Below, in pieces: positions 1-12,119 of a DNA stretch of 51,989 nt (position 1 is the stretch's first letter; the number at the start of each line of letters is the position of its first letter). Made by a program: the position numbers and the translations under genes. Origin of the DNA: Leucoraja ocellata (lineage: Eukaryota); the NCBI GenBank assembly GCA_036785375.1, contig JAWMAR010004386.1, forward strand, positions 1 through 51,989, written 5' to 3'. The notes below the pieces were generated by a model that had not been told where the DNA came from, did not search any database, and worked only from the letters and a program-made list of their open reading frames with translations.

Positions 1-250
1 GTTAAGAGGGTATAAAGTGGGTAGTGGGGTTTAGAAGGGTTTTAGAGGGGTTTAGAGGGTTATAGAGAGTATAAAGTGGGGTAGTGGGTTTAGAAGGGTT
101 AGAGGGTTCAGAGGTGGTTGCAGGGGTTTGTAACGGGCGAGAGGGGGAGAGGTATTTATAGGGTTTAGTGGGGGTTTAAAATTGTTTAGAGGAGCTGCGA
201 TGTGTTTAGAGGGTTCCGATGGGCTTAGATGGACAGAGGGCTTTTGGGTG
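1..250. repeat. Degenerate 10-bp G-rich satellite (consensus ~GGGGTTTAGA), runs off the left edge
   Basis: Repeated tttagagggg/ggttagaagg units; same unit as 4680-7812. Confidence 0.9.
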
Positions 251-251
251 A

Positions 252-393
252 ATAAATGGTGAATTAGGGAGGGCACCAACAAATGGGGAATTAGGAAGCG
301 CAGCATTAAATGGTGAATCAGGGAGGACACCAGTAAATGGGGATTTAGGGGATGGCACCAGTAAATTCGAAATTATGGATGGCGCCAATAAAC
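252..393. repeat. Short degenerate ~27-bp tandem repeat (aaatggtgaattagggagggcaccaac-like, ~5 copies)
   Basis: Recurrent taaatgg..ttagg..gcacca units. Confidence 0.6.
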
Positions 394-564
394 AGTGGCA
401 CAGCAATAGAAACCCGGGTTCGATTTCGACCACGGCCGCCGCACGGTTTGTCCGTTCTACCCGTTACCTCGTGGATTTTCTCCAGAGATGCTGCCTGCCC
501 CGCTGTTACTCAGCTTTTTGAAACCACATGTGGGATATCTGTGTTTCTCAGCTGAAGCTATCCT

Positions 565-702
565 GCACGTTGGCACAGCGGTAGAGTTGCTGCCTTACAG
601 CGCCAGACGCGGGTTCAATACCGACCAAGAGTGTTGTATGTACGGAGTTTCTATGTTCTTCCGCTGAGTGCGTGGGTTTTCTCCGATATCATCGTTTTCT
701 CC
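565..702 (+). mobile_element. tRNA-derived V-SINE (HE1-like), 5' part; interrupted by the Gypsy element
   Basis: A-box-like ggcacagcggtaga, B-box-like gggttcaatacc, V-core gtacggagtttctatgttcttccgctgagtgcgtgggttttctccg; a second decayed copy lies at ~394-484. Confidence 0.75.
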
Positions 703-909
703 TGTAGATGGTATATGCATGCAACCATCATATAGCTACCTCAGCACCCCCCCCCCCCCCCCCCCCTGGTAGCATTTATAATAACGCCTGCGTCCCCTTC
801 TGCGTAGTACAGTAGCCGACTGGAGCCAGTGACTAGTCATGTGTCGTTTAACTCTGTATCCTTATTAAAGACTGTTATATAGTTACACGTGTGTAATATC
901 TCATTTACA
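703..909 (+). repeat. 5' LTR of the Gypsy element
   Basis: Direct repeat of 4299-4492, TG...CA ends, ATTAAA signal, followed by PBS. Confidence 0.92.
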
Positions 910-918
910 TGGTGTCAG
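910..918 (+). promoter_or_regulatory. Primer-binding site (tRNA-Leu-type TGGTGTCAG)
   Basis: Immediately follows the LTR terminal CA; complementary to a tRNA 3' end ...CUGACACCA. Confidence 0.75.
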
Positions 919-989
919 CTAGAGACAACTCGCGTCTCCTGTTTACCGTTTTTTAGTTATTTTGCTAAGTTTTTATTTTCATTTTGACG

Positions 990-3960
990 ATGGCTTCCTC
1001 ATGCCGAAAGCCTGTTCAGCTCATCTTCGATTCGGACATCGCGGAGCATGGGCTACTTTCGAACTGGACCAACGCCACTACATGAATATCGCACATCGGA
1101 ACCGAACCCGATGAAGTCAAAGCCTCTCTTCTTCTCAACCTTGCCGGCCCCGACGCCATGAGAGGAGCGAGAACTTTCAGTTACGCCCCAGTGGTCCTGG
1201 GTGCCCACGATCAGGTACCCATTGAAACTTCCGACGACCCAGCCGTCCTACTACTCAAATTCTGGGAGATTTGTGACCTGTCCTCTAATCATATTTTAGA
1301 AAGGATGCGATGTTTTACACGCAAGAAGTTGCCCGATGAACATGTTCAGTGCTTCATCGCTGATTTACGTTACCTAGCCCAGAGGTGCCGGTTCGAAGCA
1401 ATGACGGACCAGCTAACTAGACGGGGATGCTCGATCAGAAACTGAGATCGGAGCTCCTCCGCAAACCCGACCTGACTTTAAATGAAGCTATGCATGCCTG
1501 CAGAATGGCTGAGGTCATTGACCCGCCAGATTGTCAGCGGGACTCGGACACTAAATCTATCAATCGGACCTCGAATGGATAACACCAAATTCGTGCCATG
1601 GGCCAGCCCCGTATCTGGCGGTGATCCCCCCAAATGCCCGAACGGCAACGATATGCACCTCAGGCAGTCGCCATGCCCTGCCTACGATAAAGCCTGCAAC
1701 TATTGGAAGAAGTTTAACCATGTCTCTGCTGCCTACCGTTCTCGTGGGAAAGTTCCACAAGCTTCCAGGCCTAGCCTAAACATGCAAGTTGATAACAAGT
1801 ATGACTCTCCGTCCCTGCTCGACGCTGCCCACGTTACCGATCCAATTAATTCGCAAGGTGAGGCAAGTGTGTATTCACTCCTTCATGCACCTGGCCGGCT
1901 ACCCGATCCACCAGTTCTGATAACTGTCAACAATTCCGATTTTCACGCCAAGCTCGACACGGGGGCGAAGGTCAATGTAATGTCAATAAGCCTTTTCAAG
2001 AAGATATGCAATAATGAGCTCCTGATGGCAGACCGCTCCACTCTGCATGCTTACGGGGGCGAGGTGCTGAGACCGCTGGGTAAAGCTACTTTCACTTGTG
2101 TGCTAAAAAAACAACGCGTGCCTTGACCTTTTATCTTTTGAACTCTGACTGTGTGACTCTGTTGGGTAACCAGACATGCCAGGATCTGGGAGTGGTGTCG
2201 TTCGACTGAACGGTCCACAAGGTGATGATATCGGTAGACCCGGTAAAGGAATACCCCGACCTGTTTAATGACGAACTGGGCAAGCTGCCCATCACCTCCA
2301 AAATTGCCACTGATCCTAAGGTAGCGGGAGTCTCACGCCATGAATTACAAAGTCGAGTCCATGTTAAAGAACATGGTCTCCATGGGGGTGCTAGAAGCGG
2401 TCAGCGAGCCTATCGAGTGGGTGTCCACGATGGTTGCCACGTTAAAAAAGAACACAAATAAAATCCGTGTGTGCATCAACCCTAAAGACTTGAACCTTGC
2501 CATCAGGCGCCCACACTACCCCATGAGGATGGTTGAGGATGTTGCAGCTCAGGTCGGACAGTCCGCCGTCTAAAAACGCTAAGAGCTCGTTTTGGCAGAT
2601 ACCGCTGGACAAGGGCTCATCGGATCTGACAACGTTTTCGACACCGTTCGGCAGATTCAAGTTCTTGCGAATGCCATTCGGCATCAACTCTGCCAGCGAG
2701 GTGTTCCAGAGGACCAAGGAACAGCTGTTCGCTGGCCTGCCGTGGGCTATCATTGTTGATGACATCCTGGTCTACGGGGAAAACGTGCACGACCAGGACC
2801 TACGCTGTGTCCTGGAGCGGGCACGACAGATCAACCTCAAGCTAAACCCCAAGAAGTGCAGGTTCCGGGTGTCCGAGGTCACTTACGTTGGCCATGTATT
2901 CACTACTGCCGACTCAAGCCCGATCCTTTGAAAGCTGCCGCCATCACTGAGATGCCGCCCCCCACCGACGTGCTTGGTCTACAGCGTTTCCTGGGTATGG
3001 TGAACTATCTTGGGAAATGTATACCCAACCTCAGCGAACTGAGCTCGTCCCTGCGACAGCTGACTAGAAAAGACACCGCCTGGCCCTGGTTCCCGCAGCA
3101 CCAGCAGGCTTTTGATACTTTAAATTCTAAGCTGATGAGCACTCCTACTCTGATGTTTGTCGACCTGAAGCGCCCCATCACTGTCACCTGTGACGCCTCG
3201 CGATTCGGGCTCGGTGCAGCCGGCCTACAGTCCACTGCCGATGGCTCCCTGCTCCCTGTCTCCTATGCCTCCCGTACCATGACCGACACCGAACAACGCT
3301 ACGCTCAGAACGAAAAGGAGCTGCTTGCTGTCGTTTTCGCCTGGTCTAAGTTCAAAGTCTTTCATGGTTGAGACTGACCACCAGCCACTGGTGACTATCC
3401 TGAACAATCCGATCCATGTGGCACCTGCCAGCCTGCAACGTATGATGATGAAGCTCCAGCGAGCTGCCCTGAATACCCGCAGAGTAACGGACTTGCTGAG
3501 CGGGCTGTCCGGAAAGCCAAGCTGCTGATGGAGCAAGCGCGCCTGGCGAATTCCGACTTTTACCTCGACTTCCTGAACCTGAGGAACATTTCCAGGGACG
3601 CAGCCCTGGGATCTCCCGCCAGCGGCTGATGTCCAGAACGACTAGACCACCGATTCCGATTGCTCAACATCAGCTGCTGCCTCGAGTGATGGGGCCTGTA
3701 TCCGTCCAGACGCGCATTCAGGAAAAGCACGACATCCAACGACGGTCACATGATAGATCGTGCAAACCACTGAAGCCTCTGCTGCCTGGACAGGCCGATC
3801 GTCTACAGAGTGCTAGTGGATATTCCCGCCTAGCCACCGTGGTTGGCGTTGCCGACGCGCCTCGTTCGTATCTTGTGGACTTTGAAGGGACTGTTTACCG
3901 CAGAGGTCGTCAGCACCTGCTTGCAGTACAGGAGCCGCTCCGGCTGGCAGCGGGACCCTA
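990..3960 (+). pseudogene. Gypsy gag-pol pseudogene (frameshifts, stops, most of integrase deleted)
   Basis: ORF fragments 1158-1445, 1482-2126, 2340-2573, 2533-2931, 2856-3371, 3325-3528, 3629-4240. Confidence 0.9.
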
Positions 3961-4298
3961 CGCTCCGCCGCTGCAGTTCCAGTCGTCCGCAGCTGATCCC
4001 GTTACCGGCTCCTGCATGCCCCAGACCCCTCGCGTGCTTGCTTCACCTCCGCGTGGGACGCCTGTTGCTAACCATTTTCCAACCCCTCCTGCACGTTTGT
4101 CCCCCGTTCCGTTCTCTGTTTCCCCTACGGCTTCGTCGCCTCCGGGTTTGCCGGCATCCTCTGGTCTTTCTGTGAGTGGGGGGAGGGTTGGTCCATACGC
4201 GGTCGGGCCGTGTCAGCAAGCCGTCTGTTCGGTATGGTGATTTTGTCTAATTTCGTTGCCATGGTTATCCACCATGTTTAATCTTCTAAGGGGAAGGA

Positions 4299-4492
4299 TG
4301 TAGATGGTTTGTGCATGCAAACAATCATATAGCTACGTCAGCGCTACTAACCCCGCTTTAGGTATAATTTATAATAATGCCTGCTTCTCCTTCTGCGCAG
4401 TACAGTAGCAGACTATAGTCAGTGTATCGTTTAACTCTGTATCCTTATTAAAGACTGTTATAAAGTTACACGTGTGTAATGTCTCATTTACA
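4299..4492 (+). repeat. 3' LTR of the Gypsy element
   Basis: Preceded by polypurine tract; matches the 5' LTR. Confidence 0.92.
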
Positions 4493-4615
4493 CCTCCCAA
4501 ACTCCAAAGACGCACAGGTTTGCAGATATAGAAATTTAAATGTAAATTGTCCCCAGTGTGTGTAGGACATAGATAATGTGTGGCGATCGCTTGTCAGTGC
4601 GGACGCGCACTGTTC
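4493..4615 (+). mobile_element. V-SINE 3' part (continuation of 565-702)
   Basis: cctcccaaactccaaagacgcacaggtttg...tgtaaattgtccccagtgtgtgtagg continues the SINE. Confidence 0.7.
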
Positions 4616-4679
4616 CCTTTCGAGACACTTTCTCCAGATATGCTGTTTGTCACGTGAATTACTGCAGCATTTAGTGTCT

Positions 4680-7600
4680 ACTTTAGAAGGTTTTCGAGTG
4701 TTTGAAAGGGGCTTCGAGGACTTTGGTTTACCTGTGTCTAGAGGGCTTTACATGGCTTTAGCGCAGTTAAAAGTGTTATAGAGGGAATAAGATGTGTTTT
4801 GAAGAGGGTAGAGGGGGTTAGAGGGGGTTACAGGCTGTTGGAGGGTTTTAAGCGCTTTAAAGGGTAGATGTGTTTGAGGGATTCAGTGGGGCTTAGTGGG
4901 GCTAAGAAGGGTTTATAGGGGTTTTGGAGGAGTTTAGAGGGGTTTCATATGATTAAGGGTTTTAAAGGGGTTTCGAAGGATTTCGAGGGGGTTAGAAGGG
5001 ATTAGAGAGTGTTAGAAGGGTTACTGGGTGTTTAGAGGGGTTCAGGGGGGCTTTAGAGATGTTTAAATGGTTTTCGATGCGTTTAGAGATGTTCGAGTAA
5101 TTTAGATTGGTTTGGAGGGTGTATGGATGAGGTATAGAGATCTTGGAGGGTTTCAGATGGGTTTTGAGGGGTTTAGGGGGATGTCGATCGGTTTAAAGTG
5201 GGTTAGAGGGGTTTAAAGTAGTTTAGAGGGGTTTTGATGGGGTTAGAGGGGTTTTGATAGGTTGGAGGTTTAGGGGACGATGAGCTGAGAGGGACAGAGG
5301 GGTTTAGTGGGGCTCAGAGGTTTTGCAGGTGTTTAGAAAGAGTTAGAGGGATTTCGATGGGTATCAAGAGGTTTAGAGCGGTTTAGAGAGGTTTAGAGTG
5401 CGTTGGATGGGTTAGAGTGGGTTAGAGGTGTTTCGGTGAAGTTAGAGGAGTTCAGAGGGCATTAGATATGTTTATAGTGCTTTAGAGGGGGTTGGGGTGG
5501 TTTAGTGGGAGTTAGAGCGGTGCAGAGAGGTGTAAATGGCCTTAGGCATGTATAAAATGGTCCAGAGGGGCATAGGTTGGCTTACTATAGTTTAGAGGGG
5601 TTCAGAGGAGTTTATTATGAGTTAAGGGGGTTTCGAAGTGTTTCGTGTGGGTTGGATATGATCAGAACGTGTTAGAAGTGTTTAGATGGGTTTAGAGGGG
5701 TTGTGTGGGCGTTAGAGTTGTTTAGATGGGTTTAGAGGGGTTTAGAGTGCTTTCGAGGGGTTTTGAGGAGTGTGGAAATGTTTAGAGATGCATAGTGTTT
5801 TCAGAGGGTTTTAGAAAGTTTTGGAGGGGTTTTGATGGGTTCGAATAGGGTTTAGAGGGGTTTAGATGGGTGTGGAGTGGTTTTTAGTGATTTATTTATA
5901 GGGGTTAGAATGGTTCAGATGGGTATAGAGATAGATGGTTTTAGATGAATTTAGAGGCCTTTGCAGGTTTTGTGAGGGGTTTAGAGAGTCTCTAAATGGT
6001 TTAGAGGGGTTAGAAGTGTTTAGAGTGGTTTAGAGGGTTCTAAATGAGTTCGGAGAGCTTTAGAGGGGTTTACAGATGTTTAGAGGGGATTAGGATGGTT
6101 TAAAGTGGCTTAGTGGCGTGTTACGGTTTTTAGAACGTTCTATTGCTGTTAGCGGGTTTTAGGGGGAGGGGACTTCGAGGGGTTTAGAGGGGTTCCGTTG
6201 GGTTTAAAGGGGTTTAGGGGGCTTTAGCGTGGTTTATAGGTGATTAGAGGGCTTTTGAGTGGTGTAGAACGATTGAGACGGGTTTAGAGGTGTTAAGAGG
6301 GGTTTAGAAGTGTTGGTTATTAGAATGGGTTAGAGGGGTTCAGATGGGTTTAGAAGGATTTAGAGGGGTTTGGAGGCGGTTAGATGGGCTTAGAGGGGAG
6401 TGGATAAGTTTAAATGGGCTTAGATGTGTATAGAGGGTTTCAGATGGGCTTAGATGGGCTTGGAAGGGTTTAAAGCAGTTTTGAAGGGTTTCGAGGGGTT
6501 TCGAGGGGTTTTGAGAGGTTTAGATAGTTTAGAGGGGTTTGGATGGGTGATGAGATGTATAGTGGTCTTAGAGGGTTTTCGATGGTTTTCGATGGGTTTT
6601 GAGGGGGTTAGATGGGGTTAGGGAGTTTTAGAGTGGTTCGTAGGGGTTTGGAGGGGATAGAGGGATTTAGAGGCGCTTAGAGGGCTTTTACGGGGTTTTA
6701 GATGTGTTAAGAGTCTTGTAGATAGTTAGAAGGGTTTTGAAGGCTTCAAGAGATTTCGAGGGCTTTAGAGTGGTTTAGTTATTTAGAGGGTTTTGGAGGG
6801 GGTTTACATCAGTTAAGGGGGTTTAGAGTGGTTAAGTGGGTTAGGAGTGGATAGAGGACGTTCGACGGGGTCTGAGGGACGTTGAAGGGCCGAGTGGCCT
6901 ACTCCTGCACCTAATTTATATGTCTGAGGGGTTTACATGGGTTTAGAAGTGTTTAGAGGTGTTTCGAGGTCGTTGGAGGAGTTTAGCGGGCTAGAGGGGG
7001 AAAGAGTGGGTTAGAGTGGCTTAGAGGGGTTTAGAGTGGTTTATAGAGTTTTAAAGGTGCATATATGAGTTTAGAGGGCTTCAGATGGCTTAGAGGGACT
7101 TAGAAGGCTTTACAGGCATTTAGAGGGGTTTCGAATGATTTCGAGCGGTATAGAAGGGTTTAGAGGTGTTTGGAGTGGTGTAGATGTGTTTGGAGTTATA
7201 GTGGGGTTAGAGAGATTTAGAGGGGTTTCGAGAGGTTTAAAGGGGGTTAGAGGGGGTTAGTGTGATTTATAGATGTTTCGAGGGCTTTAGAGGGATTTTG
7301 AACGGTTAAGAGTGATTTAGAGGGGTTAGAAGTGGTAGAGGGGTTTAGATTGGTTTGGAGTGGGTTAGGGGTGTTTCAAGGGCGTTGAGCGGGTTTAGAA
7401 TGGCTAAAGGGGGTTTTAGTGGTTTAGCCCTCTTGCACATACGGTTAGAGAGGTTTATATGTGCTTAGACGTGTTTGAGGGGTTCAGATGGGCTTAGATT
7501 GGCGTAGAATGATTTAGAGCGGTTCAGAGCGGTTTAGAGGGCTTTCAAATTATTTAGAGGGTTTCGAGGGTTTTCGAAAGTTTCGAGAGGTTTAGAGGGG

Positions 7601-7812
7601 ATTATAGTGTATTCGATGAGTCTAGAGGTGTTCTGAGTGGTTTAGAGGGGTTTGAGGGGTTTAGAGGTGTCTCGAGGGCTTCTGGTTTTTTTTGAGATGT
7701 TTAGAGTGGTTTGGAGAGTTGTAGATGGGTTTTAGAGGCATCTAGATGGGGCTAGAAGGGTTTCAATGTGTTTCTGGGGCTTCAGAGTGGTTTAACGGTA
7801 TTTAGAAGGCTT
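4680..7812. repeat. ~3.1-kb degenerate 10-bp satellite (GGGGTTTAGA)n
   Basis: Hundreds of diverged units, C-poor top strand, no ORFs; small CR1 3'-end fragment at ~6880-6925. Confidence 0.95.
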
Positions 7813-8690
7813 AAGTAAGTCAGTACATTTTATTTATATAGCACGTGTAAATCAACTCGCGTTGAAACCAAAGTGCTTTACGTAAAGTAAATAATTAAGT
7901 TTTCGTGCATCCATATAGAATTCAACACGAACGTCCCCCCACAACAGAATCAAAAATTTCCACAGTGGGAAAAGGCATCAAAAAGTTAAGTTCTCTTCCT
8001 TTGTGAATCACCCGAAGTCTGGACCTATTTGTGACCTCCGCAGTCAGTCCGATGTTTTCAGGCCCTCTTTGCCGGAACGCTGGAACCCCGGCGTCTGGTG
8101 AACACTCCTCGGTGGCTTTGAAATGTCTGGAGCGGCCGCTTCCTCACCGGAGACCGCGGCTCCCGTAGTCCTCAGGCCGCGCTGGTTCGAGCTCAGACTA
8201 TGGCGATCCCGGATCCCATGCGCAACTGTGTTCCAACTCCAGCGCCACCCGCCCGCAGCGGGACGCCCGCAGCCACAGCTCCTCGGATATTGGAGTCGTC
8301 GTCACCGCTCTGCAGAGCTTACCGCACGGCAACCCGGTAAGGCATCGCCCGCTCCGTGTTGGTATCCCAGCGCTGTGCCACCGCGGAAGCTATAGTCCCG
8401 GCCGGTCCCGACAGGAAACGCCGCTCCGCTCCGATGATAGACCGCGAGGAAAGGGCGAAGAAGCAGCTCAGAGGAAGCCACCTCCCCGACCAGGTAGGGA
8501 CTAGGAAATAAAGTTTCCCCCTCCCACCCACCACATATAAGAAGAACAACAAATATTTTGTTTTTAACAGGACTAAAAATAAAAATAAAAAAGGGTGAAA
8601 GGACGGACGAAATGCAGGCAGAGCACCAAAACACAACGGCGCCCCACTCCTGTAGTCCCCCATGTTAAAGCAACAAAAAACCCTCCTCTC
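7813..8690 (-). mobile_element. Non-autonomous retroposon with an L2-type 3' tail
   Basis: Minus strand ends gtaaagcactttg...gtgctatataaataaa; GC-rich non-coding body. Confidence 0.45.
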
Positions 8691-8716
8691 CTCTCCTCTC
8701 CCATGTCCTCCCTTGT

Positions 8717-9022
8717 CATAGAAACATAGAAAATAGGTGCAGGAGTAGGCCTTTCGGCCCTTCGAGCCTGCACCGCCATTCGATATGATCATGGCTGATC
8801 ATCCAACTCAGTATCCCGTACCTGCCTTCTCTCCATACCCCCGATCCCTTTAGCCACAAGGGCCACGTCTAACTCCATCTTAAATATAGCCAATGAAACG
8901 GCCTCAACTACCTTCTGTGGTGGAGAATTTGTGTGAAAAATGTTTTTCTCATCTCGGTCATAAAATATTTCCCCCTTATCCTAAAACGGTGACCCCCTTG
9001 TTCTGGACTTCCCCAATATCGG
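8717..9022 (-). mobile_element. CR1 LINE 3' fragment
   Basis: (CATAGAAA)n tail and 3' UTR matching 15214-15540. Confidence 0.9.
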
Positions 9023-9808
9023 GTTATTTGGTTTTTAGGTTGTATTTATGTGGGGGGGGGGGGGGGGTTGAAACAAGGTTTGCTGTCTCTCCATTCGGGG
9101 GAATGCAACTTTGTTGTCGTATCCCCCTTCTCTGCTTCCGTCTGCGCTGAGGCCTAATGCCGGAGCTGGCGACCTCGAGACTCCGGAGGCAGCCTGTCAG
9201 GACTCGCCCTGGGCTCGCTCCCGTGAGGGCTGTCCGGCTCGGGGCTGGAACGGCGCTTCCGTGAGGGGCTGCGACGCTCCCGTGAGGGCGGCCTGGCGCG
9301 GGACTGAGACTCTGTCGTGAGGGGCCGAGTCTCTCCCGTGAGGGGCTGTGGCGCTCCCGTCGGGGTGGCCCAGCCCGAGGGTGAAATGGCTCTCCCGTCG
9401 GAGCGGCCCAGCTCGAGGGAGGAACGGCGCTCACGTGAGGGCGATCCGGCTAGGGGCTGGAACGGTGCTCCGGTGGCTGAGCCGGCTGGGCCGGCTGCGT
9501 CCGCTGGACTGGAGGGCGGCAACTTCGACCACTCCGGGCCGCGGTGTTTGAGCCGGCCCGTTTGCGGGGTTCGGTGAGCCGCGGGACTGTTTGTACCATC
9601 GCCAGGTGGGGAATCGTCTCAGCGCAGAGAGAGAAGAGGAGGAAAGAGACTGCAGCCCTAAGATTTTTGCCTCCACCACAGTGAGGAGGTGCTTGGAGGA
9701 CTCACTGTGGTGGATGTTAATTTGTGTTTATTGTTGTTTATTATTGTATAATTGTATGTATGACTGCAGGCACGAAATTTGACAATAAAGGTAATTCTAA
9801 TTCTAATC
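9023..9808 (+). mobile_element. GC-rich non-autonomous repeat with internal ctcccgtgagggc repeats and a gacaataaa-(attcta)n tail
   Basis: Internal tandem units 9215-9480; microsatellite tail resembling Rex1/RTE-type ends. Confidence 0.45.
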
Positions 9809-11689
9809 ATAAGGCCTCAGCACATGTAACCTCAAGTATGTCATCTCAGCGAAGCGCCATGACATTCACCATTGTTAGTAAAAACGATCAGCAATGAGAC
9901 AATATTCTCTGCCTAAGCAGATGCAGGCACGTACCGCGTAAGCCTTCTTAACCGACTTATACTTGGCACTTTCAGAGATGCATCGACATGTACATTAATG
10001 ACCCTCCCTTGCTCAATGTTGTCTGGGTATCACCATCCATTATAAAACATATAACAAAGGCAAGCACCGAATGGGAACAGACCCCTCGACCCTACCTACA
10101 TAAAGGCAAACTAAACAAATGTCGCTGCACCCAAAGCATACTTCTGCATTCCTTGCTTATCCACGTGCTTATACTAAAGCCTCCTCAATGACACTATGGT
10201 ATCTGCCTCCAACTTCATCCCTGGCAACGTGCTTCGGACATCCACCACTCTCAGGGTTATTTTTGTAAATGTTTTTGTTGACTATGTCCAGTTACATGTG
10301 AGAAGGGACAATGCTGGTAAGCGCATGATTTAGAGCACAGTGGAGATTTTCAGTAACTTTGCAGATATCTGCAAATATCTGGTAATATAGTTGATGCCTG
10401 CAGGGAAGTATTGATCGACTGGTAAACATTATTGTGAGGTTGTGCATTTTGTATGGACTGATAAAGAAAGGGCGTCCATAATTAGTGGTATTGGGTAAAG
10501 GTATGGAAGTAACTAAATAATATCCTTCCTTATTTAATTTTCCTTGACATTGGGAACGAAAGGGTGTTTTGGATTTGACAATTGGAATCTCTCACTTGAC
10601 CAGGTGTCGAAACGTTTGTTGGAATCGGCAAAGTAAGATCAGATATAATACGTATTGTCTGGGAATGTGTTGAATGGTGGATGGTAAATGCAAACATGAA
10701 ACAACAGAGGAGATAAGGATGTTTGTTTACTTTTCTGAGAAGTCACAGTACTTCTACCGCGCCTCCTACCGCTAGAAGTGTAGCTATGTTGCAGTAAATG
10801 GGAGTCTTGTAATCGGCTTGGAATGGGGATACTAGCGTGGCCGCTTCAACGATTAGTTAGAATCATGTCAAGATTCCCTTGTATTGTGCTGGACTCGCAT
10901 TAACCGTCTGTTGTTGAATTAAATTAGCATAACTGAAACGTATGTTATCACTAATGAAATAATTGGCACCCATGTAGTTGATAGAATATTTCGTAGAATA
11001 GTATCTAACAAAAGTAAACAACAGTTATTTCCTGTACACTATAATTATCGGTTCATTCTGCTGCGAAGTCAGAGAACTGGTGAGCAGTTTTCTGCTTCCA
11101 TCTCTCCATGATATCATGCAACCAAGTATATTGAAGCAAACCTGAGAAGTCTGTAACTTTGCATTTTTTATTTTTATTTCCCTGTAAATTAATTTATTCC
11201 ACAATAGGTATGGAAACCCAATTTCTGGAAAGATGGGGATAATTCGGGAGTGTGGGTGGGAGGGGGGGGGGGGGGTGGCTGAAGAAAACGTTTTGCCAGA
11301 GTTACTGCCTTCCAGCGCTGAAGACCCCGTTGCGATCTTGACTAAAGTGCGGGGATTGTACGTACTCCCCGTGACCTCCGATGTCCTACTGGTTTGTAGC
11401 TCAACTGGGTTGATATAAATGTAACATTGTACCTTGTGTATATCGGGTAGTGTTAATGTGCGGCGATGGCTGGTCGATGTTGACTCGTTGGGCCGATGAG
11501 CCTGTTTCCGCGCGGCATCACAAACTAAACTAAAACTAGGGGTCATTGGCTATAAGGAAATGTTCGAGGGAATTGGTGTTAGTACCACTAAATATGGTCC
11601 CTTCCATCTGGGAGAGAAAACTGCACCAAAAATCGTATGTTCTCCTCGGATTCACGGCCCACAAAAGCATCTCGATGTGGTTCACAGAC

Positions 11690-12119
11690 GTCCTTGTACA
11701 CGCAAGAATTCAGAAGATTGAGGGGGGATCTTATAGAAATTTACAAAATTCTTAAACGGTTGGACAGGCCAGATGCAGGAAGATTATTCCCGGTGTTGGG
11801 GAAGGTCAGAACTAGTGGTCACTGTTTAAGGACAAGAGGGAAGTCTTTTAGGAGCGGATGAGAAAATCATTTTTTTACACAGAGAGTGGTGAATCTGTGG
11901 AATTCTCTGCCACAGAATGTAGTTGAGGCCGGTTCATTGGCTATATTTAAGAGAGAGTTAGATGTGGTCCTTGTAGCTAAAGGGATCAGGGGGTATGGAG
12001 AGAAGGCAGGTACAGGATACTGAGTTGGATGATCAGCCATGATCATATTGAATGGCGGTGCAGGCTCGAAAGGCCGAATGGCCTACTGCACCTATGTTCT
12101 ACGTGTCTATGTTTCTATG
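11690..12119 (+). mobile_element. CR1 LINE 3' fragment
   Basis: EFRRLRGDLIE..YKILK ORF2 C-terminus, 3' UTR and (TTTCTATG)n tail. Confidence 0.9.

Larger units (their letters stand above)
703..4492 (+). mobile_element. Ty3/Gypsy LTR retrotransposon, degenerate, both LTRs present
   Basis: LTRs 703-909 and 4299-4492 (TGTAG...TTACA); PBS TGGTGTCAG at 910; PPT AAGGGGAAGGA 4288-4298; 5-bp TSD TCTCC/CCTCC (1 mismatch); gag, protease (KLDTGAKVN), RT (MPFG..IVDDILVYG), RNase H (CDAS..EKELLA..TDHQPL) in broken frames. Confidence 0.95.

Noticed and set aside
565-640. tRNA gene
   Set aside because: A/B boxes run directly into a V-SINE core; no full cloverleaf
4680-7812. True telomere or interstitial (TTAGGG)n
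   Set aside because: The period is ~10 bp and perfect TTAGGG runs are essentially absent
8123-9782. Overlapping Arg/Pro-rich ORFs
   Set aside because: GC-rich repeat interiors lacking stops by composition
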